Assembly: GCA_965644295.1 (NCBI GenBank)
Contig: CBFFRP010000405.1
Location: forward strand, 124,001 to 188,000
Source: Paraphysomonas bandaiensis
Taxonomy: Eukaryota > Protista > Chrysophyceae
DNA: 64,000 bases
Reading direction: 5' to 3'
The notes beneath the pieces were generated by a model. The model had not been told where the DNA came from and searched no databases. It saw only the letters and a program-made list of their open reading frames with translations. Positions 54,301 to 64,000 of this stretch are shown piece by piece (the first letter of the stretch is position 1; each line of letters opens with the position of its first letter). The position numbers and the translations under genes are program-made.

Positions 54301-54758
54301 TTCAATACATGGAAAAATGTACGACCACTATTCTTGACCCGTTTTCAAAATATAAGTGGGAGGTACTGCGCTACAACAGGCGACGACAACCTCAGTTTTT
54401 TCAGGATATTATTAATTTTGAAAGTATTATTGACACAGCTTTTATAATACCAGATTCTTCTTGCGATGTCGTCGTGGGTAAGCCTCAAATTTCAGATCGT
54501 TTTTGGTTTATTCCGAGGAAGTTTTTTGATCGTTGTGGGTGGGATGATTTGGATTTTATTAACTGTCATCATATAGAGGGAATGCAACAATATATCAGAC
54601 AAAATAGCTCCGGTGCAATTGTTCTTGAACGTAATGTGCATGGCCACGACAGTCATAACGCAAACAATGAGAGTGGCAGTAGTGACCACTCATCAGAATG
54701 TGATAGCAATCCCAGTACTGTTTACAGCACCGGTGACTCTTCTGACAATGACACATAA
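51381..54758 (+). CDS. Plavaka-type (CACTA-related) transposase, 2 exons, predicted 1105 aa
   Basis: N-terminal C2HC finger CAICQGIFSSSQSLGNHGRYC; motifs LLYHDG, GNFS, GDDPA, CVTC, DLFHLFCAG, KLHSVMH, FG...GTWESSNR; intron 53283-53342 joins the two ORFs in frame. Confidence 0.85.
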
Positions 54759-54919
54759 TTAATGTTGCGCGCTTATTATTGATTATGATCATAGAATGCA
54801 CAGCCATACTTGTTTAGTAATAATAATATATAACAAAAAAAGATATATTATACTATTCACCGCTGTGTTGCTTGCCTATGTACATTGTGAAACTTAAAAC
54901 AACATCTGATGGTTCAAAA

Positions 54920-55225
54920 CTCAGGTACCTACAGGTTTTCGTCTTATACCTATAGGCAACGAGTAGCACTACCTATAGATAGTACCTAATCCTTCGATAC
55001 CTATAGGTGGGACTTGAGGTACCTATAGGTAGGTGCCTAACTCTTATCACCTATAGGCAGGGTAGCTAGGTATACCTATAGGTAGTGACAGCTAGGTACC
55101 TACCTATAGGTAGGGTCCTTAGGCATGCCTATAGGTGGGTACCTATTAGGTGGGTACCTATTAGGTAGGTACCTATTAGGTACCTGCGATGGACCTATAG
55201 GTAGGTCGAGCGACCTATAGGTACT
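54920..55225. repeat. Right subterminal array of ACCTATAGGT / ACCTATTAGGT motifs
   Basis: More than ten copies or variants directly inside the right TIR. Confidence 0.9.
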
Positions 55226-55243
55226 AAATTCGACCCACCGATG

Positions 55244-55796
55244 CATTGTAGGATCGAGTCCAGATCTCTTTACTTCCCTATTTACACTCTCTAGTGTATC
55301 GGAGTCATAAGGACAAACCATACTCGTAATTCCGGTAAGTTTGTGAACCCAAAACACACAACCGGCAAGTGTTTCCTTCACCCACTCATCCTTCTTGGTG
55401 TCCTGTGTTCTAATTACCAACATCTTTTTCTTAGATAACGCCTCTGCTCTTCGAGCAGCGGCGAGTCTTGACGCAGCAACGTCGTCATTATCAACGGACT
55501 TCTTGAATTCTAACCGCTGCATCAATTGCACCCCATCTTTTCTAAGTAAAACCGTGTTTCGTTTCTGTTTTAGGGTCATAAAGTCTTCCAGTGGCTCCAA
55601 GGCGCTTTTACCGTGTAAATATTTTCTAAGATAGGAAATGAAACGACTCGGAACAGCATAATGTCACACGATACCTTCGTCCGCTATAGAAGAAGCCTTT
55701 GGAGTAGTCACCTCGATTGCCGAATGGATCACCGAACATCACTCTACTCTCGTGTTCGGAACAGCAACTACCCGACTCGACTTGATTGCGTTCCAT
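55244..55796 (-). pseudogene. 5' part of a small host gene with a WW-like motif, interrupted by the transposon
   Basis: MERNQVESG... exon, short intron, then ...DEWVKETLAGCVFWVHKLTGITSMVCPY...GLDPTM up to the TSD. Confidence 0.7.
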
Positions 55797-56018
55797 GATT
55801 GCAAGGCGCACAACAGAGATGTAATCACGGCATTCGGCTATATATAGGAAACTACTAAAGTCAACTGATTCAGGTGTCGATATTCCCCAAGCAAAGTTAA
55901 GTAAGTTAGTTGAATCTTTCTCTCCGTGAGGTTGGATTCAGCAAAGCAACAAAAAAAAGAAACGCATGTCCATCATCTTGTGTATGGCGCTGCTGTTTAG
56001 CGTGTATACGGTACACAC

Positions 56019-56021
<3 letters not shown>

Positions 56022-56051
<30 letters not shown>

Positions 56052-56668
56052 TGTATGTATGTATGTATGTATGTATGTATGTATGTATGTATGTATGTAT
56101 GTATGTATGTATGTATGTATGTATGTATGTATGTATGTATGTATGTATGTATGTATGTATGTATGTATGTATGTATGTATGTATGTATGTATGTATGTAT
56201 GTATGTATGTATGTATGTATGTATGTATGTATGTATGTATGTATGTATGTATGTATGTATGTATGTATGTATGTATGTATGTATGTATGTATGTATGTAT
56301 GTATGTATGTATGTGTGTATGTATGTATGTATGTATGTATGTATGTATGTATGTATGTATGTATGTATGTATGTATGTATGTATGTATGTATGTATGTAT
56401 GTATGTATGTATGTATGTATGTATGTATGTATGTATGTATGTATGTATGTATGTATGTATGTATGTATGTATGTATGTATGTATGTATTATGTATGTATG
56501 TATGTATGTATGTATGTATGTATGTATGTATGTATGTATGTATGTATGTATGTATGTATGTATGTATGTATGTATGTATGTATGTATGTATGTATGTATG
56601 TATGTATGTATGTATGTATGTATGTATGTATGTATGTATGTATGTATGTATGTATGTATGTATGTATG
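56022..56668. repeat. (TATG)n microsatellite, about 650 bp
   Basis: Near-perfect tetranucleotide repeat with two interruptions (about 56315 and 56488). Confidence 0.99.
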
Positions 56669-56794
56669 TTAATGTATTGGGCTGAGATGGCTGCAATAAG
56701 ATAGAGGGAGGACTTGACTTTCCATTGCCATTGGGACGAAACAATGCACATATAAATAGAACCATCATCGTCAGGATCACGATATCTATCTATA

Positions 56795-59700
56795 ATGGCT
56801 GAAGCATTTCAACGCAATAAGCTCTATGAGTATCGCGCTAACTCGAATCTAGTGCTCGAGGCGGATAGAGAAGTGCGCAGAAGAGCAGATGAGGCCACTG
56901 GTGAGGTCGAGACATTGCACGGTAAACTAGGATCTGTGCGTATGGGAGATCGACTGGAGAGAGATAAGCATGAGGATTTAAATGATCGTATTAAAAAAGC
57001 GCACGCAAAGAGACAGTTAGAAGAAGCCAATAGAGAGGAGAGCAAGAGGAAGAAGAAGAACTCGGGAGGAGTTTTCATTGCAGGGAAGGGATCCAATGTT
57101 CTCTCTGTCACTGAAAATATGGACTCAATTAATTATCGCCCTAAAACTAGAGAGTCGCGTGCGGCCTACGAGGAAATGCTTAGTTTTATTCAAATATCAC
57201 TCGGCGATCAACCACAAGATATATTGATGGGTGCTGCTGAGGAGGTACTCTCTATTCTCAAGGATGATTCGATGCGTGACCCTGATAGACATAGAGAAAT
57301 TGAAAAAATTCTTTCTCGCATTCCTTCTGATAAATTCAGTAAATTAGTGAACCTTGGTAAGCAAATAACTGATTTTAATATGGGCGGAAACGAAGAGGAA
57401 GAGACCACCCGTATGGACGAAGGTGTCGGGGTAGCAGTTGTGTTTGATGATGATGAAGACGACATGAACGAAGACCTGAGTGAGGAGCATGATAGTGACG
57501 AAGATGACGATGGTGGTGTCGAGGCAATGGGGGGATCGCAACTGAAGGGCGTGGACGATGAGGACATGGATGCAGATATTGATAGTCAAGTCACACTTTC
57601 GGTACATGATATTGACGCTCATTGGCTGCAGAGACAACTTTCAAAGTTCTATAATGACGCAAATGTATCTGCTAAACTTGCTGAAGATACGCTGAATGTT
57701 CTCCAGATTTCCGACGAAAGAGGATGTGAAAATCAACTTGTCGTGTTACTCGACTTCAATAAATTTGATTTTATTAAGCTACTGTTGCGAAATCGCGCCA
57801 AAATACTCTATTGCACAAAATTGAAGCAAGCTCAAAGTGACGCCGAGCGTGAAGCTATTGAAGTAGAAATGCGGGCTGATGTTGAGGGAGGTGGGGCTGC
57901 AATTCTCGATCAGCTCCAACAGACAGCTACTGCTGAAAGTTGGGCAGCGGATCGTATTGGAGAGTTCGCGAACAAGGCGCGTCGGGAAGCCCGGGCCCTC
58001 AATCGATCTGGAGGAGATATTCGAGGTAGCGATGAGGTGGAGGAGACTGTTGGAGGGGTGGCTGCAATTCAGAACGGTCGTGGGAGTGGAGCCGGCACTG
58101 AGAAAACGCTGGACCTCGACAGCCTTCAGTTTGCTGAAGGTGGGCACCTGATGTCTAATAGCCGGTGTGAACTACCGGAGAAGAGTTGGAGGGCACAGAA
58201 GAAAGGATATGAGGAGGTTCATGTGCCGGCCTTACGTCCGATAATATCGTCAAAGGAGAAACTTGTTCAGGAAACAGATCTCCCGGTATGGTGCCAGCCA
58301 GCTTTTACCGGTGTCAAAGCACTAAACCGAATCCAGAGCCGCATGGTGGAGTCTGCTCTCAAGGGGTCAGATAACATTCTTCTGTGTGCACCTACTGGAG
58401 CCGGGAAAACCAACGTGGCGCTGATGTGCATGCTAAGTGTGATGAGTCAGTATCGTAAAGATGATGGAAGTATAGACCTTGATGGTTTTAAGATAGTTTA
58501 CGTGGCACCCATGAAAGCCCTTGTGCAGGAAGTAGTTCAAAATTTTAGCAAGAAACTAGCTCCGTTTGGAATAACGGTGAGAGAATTATCAGGAGATCAG
58601 AATCTAACCCGACAACGAATACAAGAAACACAGCTGATTGTCACTACTCCTGAGAAGTGGGACATTGTGACGCGTAAGGCAGGGGATAGGGCATACACTC
58701 AGTTAGTGCGTTTAATGATTATCGATGAGATTCATCTACTTCACGATGATAGGGGACCGGTGCTGGAGGCATTGGTCGCTCGAACCATTCGGCAGATAGA
58801 AACTACCCAGGACATGGTCAGGATGGTGGGACTGTCAGCTACTCTTCCCAACTTCGAAGATGTTGCTACTTTCTTGCGCGTTGACCCGGAAAAGGGGTTA
58901 TTTTTCTTTGATAACTCCTTCCGTCCTGTTCCCCTACAACAGCAGTACATTGGAGTGACGGAGAAAAAGGCTCTCAAACGTTTCCAGCTTATGAATGAGA
59001 TTTGCTATGAGAAAGTACTTCAGCATGCGGGTAGAAATCAGGTGCTGATATTTACTCATTCGCGGGCGGAAACGGCTAAAACAGCACGTGCTTTGCGAGA
59101 TATGGCAATGGACAACGATGCATTGTCGCAGTTTGTTAAAGAAGATAGTGCTTCCCGTGAAATTCTTCGAGAAGAGGGAGAAGCTGCCAAAAACCCCGAC
59201 CTCAAGGATCTACTCCCACATGGATTCGCAATTCATCATGCTGGACTAGTACGCTCAGACCGCACCTTGGTGGAGGATTTGTTTGCAGACAAGCACGTGC
59301 AAGTTCTGGTTTCCACAGCAACTCTTGCCTGGGGTGTTAATCTCCCCGCACATACAGTTATTCTTAAAGGTACACAAATGTATTCTCCAGAACAAGGACG
59401 GTGGGTGGAACTTTCGCCACTTGATATCATGCAGATGATGGGACGAGCTGGTCGGTACGGAATGGACTCTGAGGGTGAAGGCATCATTATAACTGCTCAC
59501 TCAGAACTTCAGTACTATCTGTCTCTCATGAATCAACAGTTACCAATCGAGAGTCAGTTCATAAAGAAACTTCCTGACATGCTGAATGCGGAGATCGTGT
59601 TAGGCACTGTACAGTCTGTTCGTGAGGCAGCCTCGTGGCTGGGATATACGTATCTCTTCATCCGCATGTTAAGAAACCCAGAGATGTACAGCATTTCAGC

Positions 59701-62700
59701 GGATGAGCTCAACTCTGATCCAGTATTAATGCAAAGAAGAATGGATCTTGCTCATTCTGCTGCTGTGATTCTTGATCGGCATAACCTCATCCGTTATGAC
59801 AGAAAGTCAGGGATGTTCCAAGTAACAGCACTGGGCCGTGTAGCTAGTCACTATTATGTCAGTCACGACAGCATCAACGTGTTCAACGAGTACTTAAAGC
59901 CCACTATGAGCGACATTGAAATATTCCGCTTGTTTAGTCTTTCTGGTGAATTCAAATATATTCATGTGCGTGAGGAAGAGAAGCTGGAACTGACAAAGTT
60001 ACTAACTCGAGTACCAATTCCCGTGAAAGAAGGTGTCGAGGAACCAGCTGCTAAAGTTAATGTCCTCCTGCAATCTTATGTATCCCGCCTTCGTCTAGAG
60101 GTATGTAGGAAATCTGCTTAATTGAGTAATGCTCAATATTTTTTCAGGGATTCGCACTAGTTGCAGATATGACATATATTCAGCAATCTGCATGCCGTCT
60201 AATGCGATGCCTTTTTGAGGTAGCGCTCAAACGTGGATGGGCTTCACTGGCGAACAAGACACTAGCGATTTGCAAAATGGTTGAGCGTCGGACGTGGGGC
60301 TCACAATCCCCACTCAGACAGTTTGGTGCTATTCCCGAAGTAATCATTCGCAAATTGGAGAAGAACAGTGATATTAATTGGGAGCGGTATTATGATCTCA
60401 AACCTCAGGATCTCGGTGAAATGGTAAAGATCCCTAAGATGGGGAAGACTCTGCATAAATACGTACATATGTTCCCAAAACTAGAGTTGAGTGCACACTT
60501 CCAGCCTATCACTCGGTCACTACTTATGGTGGACTTAACTATCACTCCTGACTTTCAGTTTGATACTTCAGTAAGATACAATTTCGAATTTTTGTGGTTT
60601 AATATATATCTATAGGTGCACGACTATTCGCAGCTCTTTTGGGTCATTGTGGAAGATGTGAATGGGGAAAGGATCCTCCACCACGAGGCCTTCATTCTCC
60701 GAAAGAACTATGCTTCGGAAGAACACCATATTAGTTTCTCTGTAACTCTGTCGGATCCACTTCCACCCCAATACTTCATCCGAGTTGTGTCTGATCGTTG
60801 GATGCATGCGGAGACTATCTTGCCTGTTTCCTTTAGACATATTCTGTTGCCGCATAAATACCCACCTCCTACTGAACTCCTGGATTTGCAGCCTCTTCCT
60901 GTATCAGCGTTGCGCAATTCTCGTCATGAGAATTTATTTCGCAGCACTTTCAAGCACTTTAACCCCATTCAAACCCAAACGTTTTCGGCTCTCTATGAAG
61001 GTGACGACAACGCCCTAGTATGCGCCCCTACAGGCTCGGGAAAGACCATATGTGCGGAGTTTGCAATGCTCCGACTGTTTTCTGCCAATTCTGATGCTCG
61101 CTGCGTGTATGTTACTCCTAAACAGGTTTGTATGACTTGTGCTAGTTGTACTGTTTTTGACTTGTCTTGCCACTGCAGGAGACCTGTGACCTAATGTATG
61201 AACACTGGCGTGGGCGATTCCAGAAAAATCTGAACCTATCTGTGGTGAAGTTGGTCGGTGATATAACACCGGATCTAAAGCTTCTGGAGTCGGGAAATAT
61301 TATTATAGCTACTGCTGTTCAGTGGGACGTTCTTAGCCGACGTTGGAAGCAAAGAAAAATTATTCAGAATATCGCCCTCTACATTTTTGATGAAGTTCAT
61401 CTCATTGGAGGCGCCGATGGTGCCACTCTTGAAATTGTTGCTTCACGCGCACGATACGTTGCCTCTCAGCTTGGAAACAAAGTCCGTGTTGTGTTACTTG
61501 GCTCATCCATCGCAAATGCGAAAGATATTGCTGATTGGATGGGTGTTCCTAATCATGCTATGTATAACTTCCCTCCTTCAGTTCGACCAGTTCCTCTGGA
61601 GATTCACATGCATGGATTCGAGACGAATCACTTTGGGAATCGTCTATTGGCAATGGCAAAGCCCACTTATACAGCTATAATCGGACACTCCCCGGACAAA
61701 CCTGCTATTGTGTTTGTTCCCTCTCGCAAACAGTGTCAATTGACTGCGATTGATATCATTACCTACGCCGCTGCGGGGGGTACCACAGATCGATTTCTTC
61801 ACACTGCGCCGGAGAATATCGCGGAGGTTCTTGCAACATTCAAAGAGCCAGCTCTAGCACAAACCGTTGCCCATGGTGTCGGCTTTGTTCACATGGGTCT
61901 CTTGCGCAGTGACAAAAACCGTGTTCTAGGTCTATATAGAGACGGTATTATCCAAGTCCTTGTATGTCCTTTTGACATGTGTTGGTCCCTCTCTATTCCT
62001 GCACACCTCGTGGTAGTGATGGAAACCACTTACTACGACGGAAGAGAACACAGTTTCGTCAACTATAGCATCACGGATGTTATGCAAATGCTGGGATTGG
62101 CCAGTCGTCCCCTCACTGATGACACTGGGAAGGCGGTTATTTTGTGTCATTCTCCCAAGAAAGACTACCTGAAGCGCTTAGTGAACGACCCTCTACCGGT
62201 GGAATCTCATATCGATCAATTCCTTCATGACCATTTGACTGCTGAAATTGTCACGAAGACAATAGAGAACAAGCAAGATGCTGTTGACTACTTGACGTGG
62301 ACTTTCTACTATCGTCGCCTCACGCAGAATCCGAACTACTATAATCTACAAGGAACTAGTCACCGTCATCTTTCTGATCATCTCTCTGAATTGATCGAGG
62401 TTACCATCGCGGATCTTGAGCAGTCCAAGTGCATTTCTGTGGAGGATGACATCGATCTTTCCCCTCTTAATCTGGGTATGATTGCTAGTTATTACTACAT
62501 TCAGTACACAACAGTGGAGTTGTTTGCCTCCAGTATCACTGCTAAGAGTAAAATCAAAGGTCTCATGGAAATTCTGTCGTCAGCATCGGAATATTCATCT
62601 CTAAATATTCGGCAGTCGGAGGAGACGGTGCTGGCTAAACTCGCGAAGCATCTTCCTCAGGCCCTCCCAGCGACTGCAGCATACGAAAATCCTTCCACAA

Positions 62701-63596
62701 AGGCTTTGCTGCTGATGCAGGCTCACTTCTGTCGGCGTCTTCTAGGTGTGGACCTCACATCAGACCAGAAGATTGTCCTTGCCAAGGCGCCAAAGTTGAT
62801 CCAATCCCTTGTTGACGTGATATCTTCTCAGAGCTGGTTGCGTCCCGCCCTTGCCTCCATGGAGCTCTCCCAGATGATTGTGCAGGGGCAGTGGGACAAA
62901 GATTCCGTCTTGCTTCAGGTCCCACATTTTACGGATGAAATTATAGCAAGGTGCAAGCAAAACAACCCGCCTGTTGAGAGTGTGTTTGACGTCCTGGATC
63001 TCGAAGATGAAGAGCGAAACAAGCTACTGCAACTAACACCAGAGAAAATGTCCGACGTAGCGGTATTCTGTAATGCCTACCCCAATATTGAGTTGTTATA
63101 TGATGTGAGTGTTCATGAAGGTGAAGAGGTATGTGTGAGGTATTGTTATTATATTTCTACCGTCTCATATACATTGGTGGATAATGGCAGGTGGAAGCAG
63201 GCGATACAGTTACAGTTATGGTTACTCTTCAGCGAGAAATTGAGGAGGAGGATGAAGTTGACCCCACCAGCATCGGTAAAGTCGTATGTCCTCGCTACCC
63301 GACAGAAAAGGTGGAGGGATGGTGGTTGGTGGTCGGAGATACCAATTCGAATTCGCTCCTCTCTATCAAGCGATTAAATATTGGTGTGCGCAGTAAGGTA
63401 TTTTTACAACTCAATGCACTGTAAAGTTACTAATTCTTCTTCATAGGCGAAGCTTGAGTTTTCCGCTCCTGATGACCCTGGGGACTACAACCTTACGTTG
63501 TATCTCATGAGCGACAGCTACCTTGGCTGTGATCAGGAGTACGAAATACCCTTGACTGTTGTTGCTGGTGATGAAGATATGGATGATGAGGAATAG
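56795..63596 (+). CDS. SNRNP200: U5 snRNP 200-kDa helicase Brr2
   Basis: [12 protein letters not shown]-terminus; two Ski2-like helicase cassettes ([24 protein letters not shown]); Sec63 domains; C-terminal [13 protein letters not shown]; five short introns. Confidence 0.98.
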
Positions 63597-64000
63597 TTTG
63601 ATTATATGATTTGAAAGTGAAGTGGCTTTCGAAAGTACTTTGCATTTTTCCACGCAGTAGCAGTATGTTGTCATGAACACCAGTATAGTATACTCATAGT
63701 TTACAGCGGGTGTGCTGGGATTTTTCCGCACTATGTAGTTGATATGTGAGTTAGAGCTGTAATTTCATAATGTTGTGTTTATCCCACACACTTTTGCGGT
63801 TCTGTTTAAGCGATATGCGGAGATCACAACTAGCTGGTGATAAATAATGCCATCATACTTAATATGGTGACATATAGTACTTACATATGCAGCAATGTGC
63901 AAATTTAATGAAAGATGGTTTATAACAGCCTCTTGTAATGATGTGTGGGTCTGTTTCTAACATAGCTGTGATCGTAAAGGGGTCTCCCGCCCTCAACAAA

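Larger units (their letters stand above)
48902..55243. mobile_element. Full-length CACTA/EnSpm-like (Plavaka-type) DNA transposon, 6342 bp
   Basis: TIR CATCGGTGGG...AGTACCTATAGGT at both ends; 3-bp TSD CAT (48899-48901 and 55244-55246); subterminal ACCTATAGGT arrays; two internal genes with intact reading frames. Confidence 0.92.

Noticed and set aside
51381-54758. Fanzor/TnpB or other RNA-guided nuclease within the transposon
   Set aside because: No RuvC motifs or TnpB-type zinc-finger arrangement recognised in either element gene.
55910-56780. Long ORFs of MYVC/YIHT repeats
   Set aside because: Translation artefacts of the stop-free (TATG)n microsatellite.

Overview
Gene-dense eukaryotic DNA with many short (about 45-80 nt) spliceosomal introns and the standard genetic code; a stramenopile-type protist is plausible but is only an inference. 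Host genes: 3' part of an XMAP215/ch-TOG-like gene, LysM-TLDc (OXR1-like), a triple-repeat membrane protein, organellar bL17, prolyl 4-hydroxylase, cathepsin B, a giant USP deubiquitinase with MABP- and Tudor-like domains, an orphan response regulator, RPS15, RBBP4/MSI1, an SLC25 carrier and Brr2/SNRNP200. Most are in head-to-head pairs whose spacers contain a recurring GTAC/GTATAC/TACAG-rich tract. The main highlights are: (1) an apparently intact 6,342-bp CACTA-like (Plavaka-type) DNA transposon at 48902-55243, with CATCGGTGGG TIRs, a 3-bp CAT TSD, arrays of the ACCTATAGGT palindrome, a 1105-aa transposase and a divergent 4-exon accessory gene of unknown function, inserted in a host coding exon; (2) a non-LTR retroelement family present six times, whose 3' end carries a covarying multi-stem RNA motif and ends in GAC(T/A)TTCA instead of poly(A), including two copies inserted sequentially at one site and a 188-bp minimal copy; (3) nested hAT elements with 8-bp TSDs, Ty1/copia relics, and a roughly 650-bp (TATG)n tract in the Brr2 upstream region. 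All calls come from manual reading and motif recognition; no database searches were run.
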